Positions 1 to 12,878 are shown, counted from the stretch's first letter. The stretch: 64,000 nt of DNA from Eledone cirrhosa (GCA_964016885.1 OZ024742.1:259780001-259844000), one strand, 5' to 3'. Notes: generated by a model not told the origin, from the letters alone. Made by a program: numbers and translations.

Positions 1-184
1 TATTAAAGGTCACCATTTTAAATGTTTTATTTAGAAGTTATAGATAAAGACAAATAATATATACAGCTCTTAATTAGACGAATACCACAGAATAAATCGA
101 ATAAATTTAACAAATGACTGAAACTACTAAAATGGACGGTTTTTATTATAATTTGAGTAGAAATGATATTTTTCGTAAATGTAA

Positions 185-226
185 TTTCTTTCTCTCCTTC
201 TCCCTCCCTCTCTCGTTCTCTCGGCC

Positions 227-262
<36 letters not shown>

Positions 263-268
263 ACATCA

Positions 269-305
<37 letters not shown>

Positions 306-470
306 CATTACCACTCTATCTCTCCCTTTCTCTCCCCCTCTCTCTCTCTCTACCATTACCACTCTATCTCTCCATTTCTCCCCCTCTATTCTCCTCTTTC
401 TCTCTCTCTCTCTCTCTCTCTTGGTTATCACCACTCTCTCACTGCGTCCTATCACTGCTATATTTCTCTC
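185..470. repeat. (CT)n-rich compound microsatellite with periodic CCATYACCACT interruptions
   Basis: Directly visible; explains the SLSL/ERER ORFs. Confidence 0.9.
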
Positions 471-714
471 TCTATAACACTCACTCTTGCCAGCCCTCAT
501 CTGTGTGACCAATATTTTAGAGGAAATATACACCAGATTTAACATAATAAAATGATCATCACTAAATGTATTTCTAATGGTAATCATCTTAAGGTAAGTC
601 TTTTCTCTAGTAGAGATAATTTTATCCATTGCAAATGACTTTCTGAGTAACTGTTCTTCTACTCCTTACTCTAACATAACTGTACTCCAGCAAAGCTGAC
701 ACTTTATACGCAAT

Positions 715-904
715 AATTGTTTCTACTTCTGGCACAAGGCCAGCAAATACTCAGTACATTACTGGTACTTTATTTTATCAACCCCGTAAGGATTAAAGGC
801 AAAGTTAACCTCGGCGGGATTTGAACTCAGAATGGCAAGGGCCGTAACTCTATGCGTCAAAGCAAGGCGTCCGACCCTCTACTGATACTGCCAATTCACC
901 GCCC
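715..904 (-). mobile_element. tRNA-derived SINE, family A (full length)
   Basis: Reverse complement has A-box-like TGGCAGTATCAGTAG and B-box GAGTTCAAATCC, then the body CTTTGCCTTT.ATCCTTACGGGG..GATAAAATAAAGTACCAGT, which recurs more than 12 times in the window. Confidence 0.85.
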
Positions 905-949
905 TAAGTTTATACGCAATAATAACCATGCTCTCATTAAACATACATG

Positions 950-1220
950 TGGTGATGATGATGTTGATGACGATGATGATGTTGATGACGATGACGACGA
1001 TGATGATGATGACGACGACGATGACGATGACGAAGGCGACGACGATGATGAGGATGATGATCATGATTACGACGATGACGACGACGACGACGATGTTGAT
1101 GATGATGTCGACGACGACGACAACAACACAACAACAACGACGACGGCGACGACGACTACGACGACAATGATGATCATGATCATGATGATGGTGGTGGTGG
1201 TGGTGATAATGATGATGGAT
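950..1220. repeat. (GAT/GAC)n trinucleotide microsatellite
   Basis: Directly visible; the poly-Asp ORF is a by-product. Confidence 0.9.
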
Positions 1221-1391
1221 CCTCTGTTCATTTCTACAATGAGCATTCAGTTGTTCTATTAACTCTACGCCCAACTCGTAAACCAGCGTGTAAGTGGTTC
1301 AGTATTATATAGACACGTGTATCCTTAAAGAAATTTTCGAATAGAATCAGTAGGACATTACAAGCACAATCTGTACAGCCGGCTTCTAATT

Positions 1392-2824
1392 TCGTTCACA
1401 CGGCTCAGATCAAACCGAGATCATTGTTCGTTCACACGGCTCAGATCAAACTGAGATCATTGTTCGTTCACACAGCTCAGATCAAACTGAGATCATTGTT
1501 CGTTCACACGGCTCAGATCAAACCGAGACCATTGCTCGTTCACACAGCTCAGATCAAACTGAGATCATTGTTCGTTCACACAGCTCAGATCAAACTGAGA
1601 CCATTGTTCGTTCACACGGCTCAGATCAAACCGAGACCATTGTTTGTTCACACGGCTGGGATCAAACTAAAACCATTGTTCGTTCACACGGCTCAGATCA
1701 AACCGAGACCATTCCTCGTTCACACGGCTCGGATCAAACTGAGACCATTGTTCGTTCACACCGCTCAGATCAAACCGAGACCATTGCTCGTTCACACGGC
1801 TCGGATCAAACTGAAACCATTGTTCGTTCACACGGCTCATCAAACTGAAACCATTATACGTTCACACGGCTCAGATCAAACCGAGACCATTGCTCGTTCA
1901 CACGGCTCAGATCAAACTGAAACCATTGTTCGTTCACACGACTCAGATCAAACTGAGACCATTGCTTGTTCACACGGCTCAGATCAAACTGAGACCACTG
2001 CTCATTCACACGGCTCAGATCAAACGGAGACCATTGCTCGTTCACACGGCTGGGATCAAACTAAAACCATTGTTCGTTCACACGGCTCAGATCAAACCGA
2101 GACCATTATTCGTTCACACGACTCAGATCAAACTGAGACCATTGCTCGTTCACACTGCTCAGATCAAACTGAGACCATTCCTCGTTCACACGGCTCGGAT
2201 CAAACTGAGACCATTGTTCGTTCACACCGCTCAGATCAAACCGAGACCATTGCTCGTTCACAAGCTCAGATCAAACTGAGACCATTGTTCGTTCACACGG
2301 CTCAGATCAAACTGAGACTATTCTTCGTTCACACTGCTCAGATCAAACTGAGATCATTGTTCGTTCACACGGCTGGGATCAAACTGAAACCATTGTTCGT
2401 TCACATGGCTCATCAAACTGAGACCATTATTCGTTCACACGGCTCAGATCAAACTGAAACCATTGTTCGTTCACACGACTCAGATCAAACCGAAACCATT
2501 GCTCGTTCACACGGCTCAGATCAAACTGAAGCCATTGTTCGTTCACACGGCTCAGATCAAACCGAGACCATTGTTCGTTCACACGGCTCAGATCAAACCG
2601 AGACCATTGCTCGTTCACACGGCTCAGATCAAACTGAGACCATTCCTCGTTCACACGGCTCAGATCAAACTGAAACCATTGTTCGTTCACACGACTCAGA
2701 TCAAACTGAGACCATTGTTCGTTCACACGGCTCAGATCAAACTGAGATCATTGTTCGTTCACACGGCTCAGATCAAACTGAGATCAATGTTAGTTCACAC
2801 GGCTCAGATCAAACCGAGACCATT
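1392..2824. repeat. 36-bp minisatellite, about 40 copies (CGTTCACACGGCTCAGATCAAACTGAGACCATTGTT)
   Basis: Head-to-tail units; the ORFs show a 12-aa period (FVHTAQIKLRPL / SHGSDQTETIVR). Confidence 0.95.
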
Positions 2825-3129
2825 ATAAAGCCATTTGCCCAAGAGACCATGCAGTGTCATCGATCCTAGACTTCTTGATTGCTAAACGGGTGTCTTAACC
2901 CCTCTACCCACAGTCGTAGATGTATATTTTACTAGAAGATTATATGTGTCAACTGCCTCGTTACTTACTCGCGTCTCCAGGTGAGTCAGTAATGAGGCAG
3001 TTTATCATTAATGTGTTGATGTGCCACCGTCGGTTCTGTTGAGGAGTTTACTGGTTGTTCCATCAAAGGAAAACTCTCGAAAATTTACGTGCGAGTGGCT
3101 AAGTATTCTACAACGAGATGTATCTATAA

Positions 3130-3330
3130 TTTAGTTCTCAAGGAGACTCGGCGTGACACACTGAGTGACGAAGCTAGCCCTTTAAATTAAAGATACAAGT
3201 CATTTTTTTCCAGAACTGTAGCAACATAAAATATAGTTTCTTGGTCAAGGACATAAAAGCCAACGGGAATCGAACTCATGATCTTACCATCATGAGCCGA
3301 ACACCCTAGCCATTAAGCTATACGCTTTCA
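3130..3330 (-). mobile_element. Degenerate tRNA-derived SINE (family B-like)
   Basis: Reverse complement contains GCTTAATGGCTAGGGTGTTCGGCTCATGATGG...GAGTTCGATTCCCG (A and B boxes). Confidence 0.55.
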
Positions 3331-3660
3331 CCTTAACATTTTAACGAAGCTCCGAAAAACAATATGGAATTTTATCTTCGTTCCACTATTCATAACCATT
3401 AAACTACCTGAAATACAAGCGTTCTTCTTATCTCTTTCAACAATATTCACTTTCCGATTCATGCAAGAATGATCAAGAAGACAATAAAGCACAGATTAAC
3501 ATAACAAACAGTAAACTATTTTCTCTTGAAAAATTTTCGAAAGTTCAACATTTCCTGTAAAATGAACAAGACTAAAACTATAATAACCACCAATAAAAAT
3601 AAAGATGTTAACAGCAATAATGATGACGTTCGTGATGGTGATAATAATATTAACAATAAT

Positions 3661-3780
3661 AATTGTTTCTACTTTTGGCACAAGACCAGCAATCTAAAGG
3701 GAGGGCAAAATCGATTATTTTTACACCAGTGCATTGCTGGTACTTTATTTTATCGACCACGAAAGGCAAAGCTAATGTCA
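3661..3780 (-). mobile_element. SINE family A, 3' part
   Basis: AATTGTTTCTACTTTTGGCACAAG...CTGGTACTTTATTTTATCGAC matches the family body. Confidence 0.75.
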
Positions 3781-3799
3781 GTGTAAGTTTTTCGATAAT

Positions 3800-5655
3800 G
3801 ATACTTTCTTTATTAACCACAAAAGAGTTTACAAAAAAATACATTAAGGACAGCACAGGACAGTACAAATATGGGTTTTTAGGCGTGTATAAAAACAAAA
3901 TTCAAAAACAAAAAATTCGAAACAAAGGAAAATTCCACAATAGGGGGAAAACTTCTGAGGGTCACTCGTGGAGAAAGCTCACAAAAAGCCACGGTGACTC
4001 TGACCAACAGGGAAAGTGCCCGCTCCCAGTTTTCTATCCTCAATCTATAGGCGCATACGCAGAGCAGGTCCATTCATTCGCGCCAAGTTCGCTTTTCTCA
4101 CTCATCTTTCAACAAACGGCTTAGAAGAGAACACTGCTCTCTTCACCCTGATTCACCTTTTCAAATAAAAGTTAATCAGGGCTTTGCCGAAGAGGTAAGT
4201 GCTCGTCTTCAGCCCATTCAAACGTGTCCACCACACGACCTCTTTCGCCATAGCCACCAAGCAAATATAAACTGTCTGCCCTTCCCGGCTAAAGGAAGGC
4301 GGCGAGATTATCTCCACGATGCACTCAGCTAATAGCCGGATCCATCCTACAAGTGACAGTAAGTGTTCGACATAAACTCACAAGTCAGTAATTCTCGGAC
4401 ACTCGACAGGTGCGTGTAGGACGGTTTCGTCGCCCTGCGCGCATTTCGGACAGGTCCGGTTGACGGCACTTCCATGTCTGTAGAGTTTATCCCAAACTGG
4501 CAAAGCTCCTTGGTAGCACTGCCAGGCCAGAGATTTCTGGAAATTGTCCATGGATCCCGCCCCGAAAGTTTTCCAGAAGAGATTGGCTAGTTGACTTTTT
4601 AGCTGACGCCAAAGTCACCCAATGACGACGTCGTTCTTACCCTCCACTAATCCTTTATAGAATGCCAAGCTAGAGTTTCCACCGATCGTAGTGCCCGATT
4701 GACTGAGGGCTGTGAGCGACACAAGAGATACCAGTCTCGCTCTTCGCTTAGTCCAGGACTGCAGCTCCGTCAATGAGACGAGTGGGGGGAAAACGCGTCT
4801 TGCAAACGGTGACCACACCTGTTCTCCGTCAAGGAAGGACTGGAGATATCGTAGCCTCAGTGCATGCTTATGCATCATTAGCCACGGCAAGCCCAGCCCT
4901 TTACGTAGCGGATGTTGACAGCAAATGAACCACCTGACTATTGGAGCGCATCTCTTCCACAAAAAGGGAAAGTTCAAACGCTCCACTGCATTCAGGCGTG
5001 GCTTAGGACATGGCATGACGGTCAGGCAGTAATAGATAACAGATGCGATGTACGCGTTCGCCACCTCCACCCGACCTTTCAGGTACAGCTTCCTCTCAGT
5101 CCTTTTCTGGGTGAGAGAGGCCACTCTGCTCGTCCCTTGTCCCAGTTTTTGTCCATTTGAAGGTTCGGACCAAACCAGACCCCTAGCAATTTAACGAGTC
5201 TGTCCAGCGCCCGACGCCGCTGTTGGGCGGCATAAAGCGGCTTGTCCTCGTGCCGAACTGAAGGCCCACCGACATTTTCTGGTTAATCTTTGCTCCCGTC
5301 ATCACCTCGTACTCCCTGAAAGCGGTGCCTATCATCTCAATGTGTGTGGTGTTCGACACCACTACGGTGACGTCGTCTGCATATGCTAACGCAGTTCTAG
5401 CGCATCCAACTTCGTGCAGGACCCCTCTGAACGTCTCCAGTTTGTGCAGTAATCAATACACACAACAGGGACGCGGGGGAACATTCTTGGTGGATCGAGC
5501 GTATGATGTTGAATGGTTTCGAAAGGTGACTGTTCACTCTCAGCACAGAGAAGATGTTGTTGTGTATGGTAGCGATCCACTCCTACGACCGTCACCAGAT
5601 ACCGCTGGTAGACCACATCGAAAGCCTTCGAATGATCTAAATTCATCAAGGCCTC
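3800..5655 (-). mobile_element. 5'-truncated, frameshifted Tx1/L1-clade LINE ORF2 (RT and C-terminal region)
   Basis: Minus strand encodes RT motifs LMNLDHSKAFD (~5620-5645) and AYADDVT (~5365-5385), then RKLYLKGRVEVANAYIASVIYY...FLW...GLGLP (ORF 4615-5124), typical of Tx1 ORF2; GC-richer than flanks. Confidence 0.85.
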
Positions 5656-5662
5656 ACCCGCG

Positions 5663-5840
5663 CAATTTTCGGGAAGGGAAAAGTCGATTAAATCGACTCC
5701 AGTGTTTGACTGGTACTTTATTTCATCGACCCTGTAAGGATGAAAGGCAAAGTTAACCTCGGCGGGATTTGAGCTCAGATCATAAAGTGCCGTAACTCTA
5801 TGTTGCAAAGCATGGCGTCCGATACTGATACTGCCAATCC
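5663..5840 (-). mobile_element. SINE family A
   Basis: Matches the 715-904 copy. Confidence 0.8.
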
Positions 5841-7041
5841 AAATAGTTCTTTATATACAATGGCTTTAGTGATTTTTCTTTTTTTCGTTTCCTTTGTCTA
5901 TTGCCTTTAAGTATCCTAAGAAATATATCAGTCAGTTTCCTAGAATTTAAAATATAACTCTTATGGTTAATCACAGTAAATCCATTTCTTCCTTCCTCTA
6001 ACACTATCTGAAATAAGTTCAACCAAACCTTGCAGTGAATAAGCTAATCTAACTGAAATCTTAGTTCTTTATATAGGGTTCAGTTTGGCATACGACAGTT
6101 ATTTGCACTAAAATTGCACTAAAATTGATGATTAGATTATTAGTTTAAAAAATTAATTACAGACTTTGCTGTCCGCACCTTATCACAACCCCAATGTCAC
6201 CAGTGGTAGTTCTCATTATATCAATTGTGTGTGTGTGTCTGCGTTTGATTATGTCATTAACAGTACTATAAGTAAATTACTTTATTTTTCTCTTGTCTCT
6301 TAACGCTATTGATCCGTCTTCACATCAAGACAAGTAATTGGCGTTCTCTTCCTTTTATCTCAACATTCATCCCCCTCTTTTTTCTTCCTCACATCGTTAA
6401 TATCACCTCTCCCATCTAAACGTTCTCTTTCTTTACCTTTCCTCCATCTGCGTCACATAGTACAAGTAAATAACTATATCAATAAAACAGAAAAAATGAA
6501 TAAAGGGAGGTAAGACAACCATGTCTGCGCCAATAAAAGAGCCACAACAATAAATAAATTCTATTTTAAATTAATTCTAAACCGAGAATTTTGTTTTCTT
6601 CTTAATTAATAACAATTATGTCGTGAGTAGAAAAACAAATCTAAGTCTTTGTTGTTATTGTTTCTTTTATGTTTGTTTTATTTTTCGTTTTGTTTAATGG
6701 CGAGCATGTGTCGTCTGCTTCTAGCATTCACCAGAATATGTCCAGACTCATTGAAAATTCAAGCAACAATTAAACAAACAACAAATCCACAATAAAAAAA
6801 CAACCAAGAAAAAAATTATACAGCAACAGCAGAACGTTGTATGGTGTGATACACGAACTACGTTCACTGCAAGGCTTGGTTGAAATTATTTCAGATATTG
6901 TTAGAGGAAGGAAGAAGAGAAAAACCACAAGTGGGAAAAAGAAATAGCCATGTCTCAAAATAAAATAAAAAATCGTCTGCATCATGTTAAATCAGTGACG
7001 TAATGAAATGAATGACAATAAATATTCCATCTTTCATTATT

Positions 7042-7347
7042 GGGTGGTGGATTGGCAGTATCGGTAGAGGGTCTGACACCATGCTTTGCAGCAAAGAGTT
7101 ACGGCCCTTTATGGTCTGAGTTCAAATCCCGCCGAGGTTAACTTTGCCTTTCATCCTTACGGGATCGATAAAATAAAGTACTAGTAATATACTGGGTAAT
7201 TGCTGGCCTTGTGCCAAAAGTAGAAACAATTATTTTAAATCCCGCTGAGGTTAACTTTGCCTTTCATCCTTACGGGGTAGATAAAATAAAGTACCAGTAA
7301 TACACTGGGTAATTGCTGGCCTTGTACCAAAAGTAGAAACAGTTATT
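7042..7347 (+). mobile_element. SINE family A with tandem duplication of its 3' ~110 bp
   Basis: Full copy 7042-7235, then AAATCCCGCTGAGGTTAAC...GTAGAAACAGTTATT repeated at 7237-7347. Confidence 0.85.
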
Positions 7348-7505
7348 TTATTCTTTGACTGGTCTCAGTCATTAAACTGCGGCCATGCAGAGGCATCCTC
7401 CTCATTTAGTCAATCATATCGACCCAGTATTTATTTTTTCAAATATGGGAGTTATTTTATTGAACCGCTAACGTAAGAGATATAAACACAGACACACACA
7501 CACAC

Positions 7506-7620
<115 letters not shown>

Positions 7621-7670
7621 GAGACAGAGAGATGTATGTGTGTGTGTTGTGTGTGCGCGTGCGCATGTGA

Positions 7671-7830
7671 GACGGCTTTCTGCGGTTTCCATCTCCCAAA
7701 TTCAACTCAGACGTTATTGGTCAACCCGAAGCTATAGTGGAAGGCACTTTTCGAAGGTGCCACGCAGCGAGACTGAACCCAGAAACATGAGGTTGCGAAG
7801 TAAACTCCTTAAACAAAAGATCCTGTCTGT
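7671..7830 (-). mobile_element. tRNA-derived SINE, family C
   Basis: Reverse complement GGGTTCAGTCTCGCTGCGTGGCACCTT...CTATAGCTTCGGGTTGACCAA...GGAAAC; related copies at ~42405-42570 and ~49812-49930. Confidence 0.65.
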
Positions 7831-7989
7831 CCCTAAAAATCATAGATTGACGAGGAAGATGTATAGTTAGAGCAGGAATTTAAAATTTAAAACAAAACAA
7901 AAAAAAAGCGTGGTCGTATGTCTTTTCGCGTTCTACAAATGAAGCATACACCTCTTGGCAATACGCCCACGATTTCTCAAGAACCTGCA

Positions 7990-8285
7990 GTGTGAATATT
8001 TGGTCGCAGGTGGAGACGTTATCCAAGAAATTCGGGGCCATTTTCACGAATGATGGAAGGCAGGAGATTGATTTAAGTACAAGAATTGCATTCGGTAATC
8101 GGAAGGGAGGTAGGTGTAAAAGCCAAACTCACTATCTTCAATACGGTATTCGTGCCAAGCCTTACGCATGTTCATGAATCTTGGATAATGACCAAAAGAA
8201 TACGATCGCGAATATAAGTTGCCGAAGTGGGGTTCCTGTGAAGGGCTATTGGAGTAACGTTACTTGAGAGAGTGCATAGCTCGGA
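7990..8285 (+). mobile_element. RTE-clade LINE fragment (RT C-terminal region)
   Basis: Translates to QVE...GAIFTNDGRQEIDLSTRI and IFVPSLTHVHESWIMTKRIRSRI*VAEVGFL*RAIGVTLLERVHSSE, matching RTE ORF2 motifs; followed by (GAA)n. Confidence 0.75.
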
Positions 8286-8365
8286 GAGGAGGAGGAAGAG
8301 GATGGGGGGAGAAGAAGAAGAAGAAGAAGAAGAAGAAGAAGAAGAAGAAGAAGAAGAAGAAGAAG

Positions 8366-8396
<31 letters not shown>

Positions 8397-8440
8397 CAAC
8401 ACTGTCCAATGTACATTTTGTATATCTACATCTATACCCT

Positions 8441-8830
8441 CCAATCTATATTTTGTAGGTCAGTATATTTTGTATGTCAGTGTCTATACTGTCCAATATA
8501 TATTTTGTAGGTCAGTGTCTATACTGTCCAATATATATTTTGTATGTCAGTGGCTATACTGTCCAATATATATTTTGTAGGTCAGTGTCTATACTGTCTA
8601 ATATATATTTTGTAGGTCAGTGTCTATACTATCCAATATATATTTTGTATGTCAGTGTCTATACTGTCCAATATATATGTTGTAGGTCAGTGGCTATACT
8701 GTCCAATATATATTTTGTAGGTCAGTGTCTATACTGTCCAATATATATTTTGTAGGTCAGTGGCTATACTGTCCAATATATATGTTGTAGGTCAGTGGCT
8801 ATACTGTCCAATATATATGTTGTATGTCTA
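8441..8830. repeat. 35-bp minisatellite, about 11 copies (GTCAGTGTCTATACTGTCCAATATATATTTTGTAG)
   Basis: Head-to-tail units with a 35-bp period. Confidence 0.92.
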
Positions 8831-9306
8831 TACGGGCCAATAGTTTATGATGTAAAGGAGATTTTGCTAGTTATTTCTACTTTGGAAATATTTATGATAA
8901 AATCCTTTCAGCTGAGACAATTCCTTTTCTTATATATAAAAGACAACATTCTCATGGATTTTTTCTTATATATAAAAGACAACATTCTCTAAGCTATCCT
9001 CATGGATTTTTTGAAGTTAGTAATATGTGATTTGAGCAATCTTTCACTGTTATTTGTAACCCATCATCAAAAGGAGCAAGTTGTTATTATAGATCTTATT
9101 ATAATAGCTGTTGTTGTTATAATAGTCGTTGTTGTTTAGATTGAGTAGACATTTGATCAAACGTGTTTCTTTCATGTTATATAGTTGATTCAACACTTTG
9201 TAGTTCTTTTTTTCTTCCTGCTTTCTCTCTCTCTCTCTCCCTCTCTCTCTCTTACTCTCTCTCTCTCTCTCCCTCTCTCTCTCTATTACTCTCTCTCTCT
9301 CTCTTC

Positions 9307-9337
<31 letters not shown>

Positions 9338-9493
9338 ACACACTCTCTCTCTCTCTGTCTATCTATCTATTTATCTATTTATCTATTTATCTATCAATCA
9401 AGCTATCTATCTTTATCAATCTATCTATTTATCTCTATTTATTTATCTATCTGTCAACCTATCTAGCTATCCATACATATATATATATGTATA

Positions 9494-9562
<69 letters not shown>

Positions 9563-9567
9563 GTATG

Positions 9568-9636
<69 letters not shown>

Positions 9637-9803
9637 TTAGAATTGGAGCTCTCTCTGAAATAGCAATATATATATGAATGTACATATAATGTATATTGCA
9701 ATACACTTTATGCTTAATTAAAAGCATTTTGAAGACCGTATGCTATTGTTTTAGAGTAGTGACCAGACTCACTTACTTTAATCTCAGCAAACAAGGGGAG
9801 ATA

Positions 9804-9848
9804 AGCCGACAAGGCCTTGTTTCGCATTTATTGATGCTTATCAAGGCT
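9804..9848 (-). ncRNA. Minimal type I hammerhead ribozyme, U3-A8 core variant
   Basis: Reverse complement: agcc-UUGAUAA-gcau(caauaa)augc-GAAA-caaggccuug-UC^ggcu; all three stems pair, stem III is palindromic, GUC triplet. Confidence 0.75.
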
Positions 9849-9936
9849 AACTACTCCCTCCTGTCTACTGAGATCACTGATGTTATATTCTTATAGAATT
9901 CTAGTAAATAATCTCACTAGACAGGAGGGAGTAGTT

Positions 9937-9981
9937 AGCCTTTATAAGCATCAATAAATGCGAAACAAGGCCTTGTCGGCT
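9937..9981 (+). ncRNA. Mirror-arm hammerhead with G5>U substitution (probably inactive)
   Basis: agcc-UUUAUAA-gcau..augc-GAAA-caaggccuug-UC-ggcu. Confidence 0.55.
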
Positions 9982-10095
9982 TATCTCCCCTTGTTTGCTG
10001 AGATTAAAGTAAGTGAGTTTGTCACTACTCTAAAACAATAGCATACGGTCTTCAAAATGCTTTTAATTAAGCATAAAGTGTATTGCAAAATACAT

Positions 10096-10137
<42 letters not shown>

Positions 10138-10183
10138 CACACACATATATATATATATGTGTGTATGTGTGTGTGTATGTATG

Positions 10184-10289
<106 letters not shown>

Positions 10290-10655
10290 TATATAAATAT
10301 ATATATATTATATGTCAGTCTATCTACTCAAGGTATGTCTTTATCAGTCACTCTATCAAACTACCGACCTATCGATCCTGTACCTGCATATCGATCTGTC
10401 TATTCCTTTATATTTAGATATGTATGTGTGTATATGCACGCATATGTGTGTGTGTAGTTTTGCGTGTGTGAGTTCTATAGGAATACGTGCGTATATTAGT
10501 GTGTTAAATTGATTAGGTGTCGACAAGTCCGGTTGCACGTATTCTCGCTAATCTAAGGAAATACGTGCATGAAACACCGAGGTGTATTGGTGTTAAGAGC
10601 CATCTCAGCACATATTTATCTAATTAGTACACTCAGTGGTGAGGCTTTCGCATTC

Positions 10656-10703
<48 letters not shown>

Positions 10704-11265
10704 TAGCGAGAATCGTATTTCGGCTTTGAAAATTAGCGAAAAACAACTTCCGAGATGTGTGGCAAGCGCTCAATAGATTCTAACGAACCAGAGCTACAAC
10801 ATACGTTAAAAGGCCAAACACACTGAGAGGATGGTTAAACCATTATCCGCACAGCCATAGAAACGACCAAGTAATTCGGGTCAAGCAAATAAAAAAAATA
10901 TGATTGAAAAATTTACCCGGACCCCTGGATGGTTGGTGAAAATCCAGCATTTGGGTTTCTGCGACTCCTAAATCAAGTACTGTCCGCTTAGACAAATAAT
11001 GTTAAGCTTCTGGTAAGATGATTGAACAAGGAAGTCACTTTCTCAACAGGCTTTTAGTTCAAGTGCCAGGCCAAGGATTGACCGTTACCAATACCCACGT
11101 GGGGCTCGACAAGGGAGGCAACCCTTATTTTTGGCGGATGAATTCAGTATGTGTATATTATTGCAAAATTGCAAAATATCACAAAACGAATTAAGTTCTC
11201 AACAGAATGGTTTTAAAGTTAACAAAAACTATCCATCAGTCAATAGAATCAACTAAAAAAATCAT

Positions 11266-11304
<39 letters not shown>

Positions 11305-11364
11305 GTATGTATATAATTATATATGCATACATATACATGTATATATGCATATATATATTATATG

Positions 11365-11582
11365 TGGGAGGCGCGTGGCTGAGTGGTTAGAGAATTGGAT
11401 TCACACTCGTAAGGTCGTGAGTTCGATTCCCGAACCGGGCGATGCGTTATGTCCTTAAGCAAGACACTTTACTTCACGTTGCTCCTTCTACCTGGAGTTG
11501 CGACCGATAGATAGTATTAGCAATTGGAAAGACCAATGGAGACATTGTTTCCTCGGTCCGATTTGACGAAAGTCGATCGACT
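11365..11582 (+). mobile_element. tRNA-derived SINE (family B head with a distinct tail)
   Basis: GTGGCTGAGTGGTTAGAG A-box and GAGTTCGATTCC B-box; near-identical inverted copy at 34379-34552; tail fragment at ~55970-56040. Confidence 0.8.
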
Positions 11583-11606
11583 GTCGATATATTATATATG
11601 TGCGGA

Positions 11607-11651
<45 letters not shown>

Positions 11652-11922
11652 GCGCATATATAATATATATATGCATATATACATGTATATGTATGCATAT
11701 ATAATTATATACATACATTATATGTGTGTGTGTGTAGTATGTATATATTTTCTTACACAGCAACAAAATAAGTGTTAAATGTCAAACCATAACAGAAAAT
11801 GCCCTCGTAAGGGAGACTTTGCAACGGGGTTCTTATTTCACACAGTATTAGATTCATGACACAACATATATATATATATATATATAAACGTTAGAATATG
11901 TGTAATAAGGCCAAGACAATGA

Positions 11923-12492
11923 GTACTCAAACTGAACGGATACACGACATCCACCACAAACCGTGCCAGAAAGAACAGAGGACACCACATCCGAGGCACT
12001 AACACTTGCTTCCTGAAGCTCCCACACTTCAGTGAAGAAACAACAACAGCCATCCGCAGAGCCATCAGACGAGAAGGTCTGGATATTCAACTGGCCCATT
12101 CGGGTCCTGCTTTGCGTGGACGGCTAGCTAAGAGACACTCCACCAGACATGACAACTGCTGCAGACTAGCCAACTGCCCCATCAACGACACAGACCTATG
12201 CCACCAGGCTTACGTAGTTTACAGACTAGAGTGTGACAAATGCAACAACTTCTACGTAGGTAGCACCACCAGACCACTCCACATAAGAATAAAAGAACAC
12301 CTCAATACTAACGCTTCCTCATTTAAGAAACACCTAGTTAAATGCAAAAACACTGATAAAAACATAACAGTTAGGATAGAAACTAAGGAAAGAAACCTCG
12401 GCAATCTTAGAATCAAGGAAGCACTCATTATAGATAGAACACATCCACCAATCAATAATAGACTAGAGCTCAACACCCAATTTATAACCTGA
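11923..12492 (+). CDS. PLE polyprotein C-terminal fragment: RT thumb, Cys linker and GIY-YIG endonuclease
   Basis: Frame is open upstream of the called start: LKLNGY...LKLPHF...CCRLANCPINDTDLC...VVYRLECDKCNNFYVGSTTRPLHIRIKEH...LRIKEALII...PPIN. Confidence 0.85.
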   Translation, partial: VLKLNGYTTSTTNRARKNRGHHIRGTNTCFLKLPHFSEETTTAIRRAIRREGLDIQLAHSGPALRGRLAKRHSTRHDNCCRLANCPINDTDLCHQAYVVYRLECDKCNNFYVGSTTRPLHIRIKEHLNTNASSFKKHLVKCKNTDKNITVRIETKERNLGNLRIKEALIIDRTHPPINNRLELNTQFIT

Positions 12493-12878
12493 TAGGGCCT
12501 CTAGCCCCACTTTACACACCCCACACACACGCACGCGCACACCTCCACTTATTCTCTCTCACACATACACACACAAAACCAGTTCTAACACCAGATAACA
12601 CCTACCCCCCACTTTTACGATTAGACCTATCTTCCCACACTCACACACACAACCACCCACATACCTACACCTTCATGCTTTCTCCCACACACATATACAG
12701 GCACGCATATAAAATTTAAAAAAACACAACAAAAACATAAACAAACCCCTCTTAAAGGGAGACTACTCTTTACCCACCTAATTTTAATTCTTTGATATTA
12801 AAGTTAGAACTCTATACTATTTCCAGTCAGCATGGCTTCATTAGAAATTTAAAGACGCTGGTCTGAGACTTTTACTTC

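Larger units (their letters stand above)
9632..10096 (-). mobile_element. Fold-back (palindromic) PLE pLTR-like element, family P1, in (TA)n
   Basis: Arms ~9686-9874 and 9911-10096 are inverted with a 36-bp spacer; flanked by (TA)n; homologous to 50835-51215; each arm carries an HHR. Confidence 0.8.

Noticed and set aside
494-598. Coding exon (polypyrimidine-CAG acceptor and AG|GTAAGT donor)
   Set aside because: Stops in all three frames; at most a non-coding exon, with no evidence available here.
1392-2824. CRISPR array (36-bp palindromic repeat)
   Set aside because: Units are head-to-tail with no unique spacers, there are no cas genes, and the context is eukaryotic.
1424-2869. 481-aa protein-coding gene
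   Set aside because: It is a translation of the minisatellite, switches frame at indel units, and starts at a non-ATG codon.
10820-10890. Hammerhead at CTGAGAG...GAAAC
   Set aside because: The core lacks a nucleotide and stems I and II do not close properly.
11365-11440. tRNA gene
   Set aside because: The tRNA-like head continues into a dispersed SINE body and lacks a proper acceptor stem.
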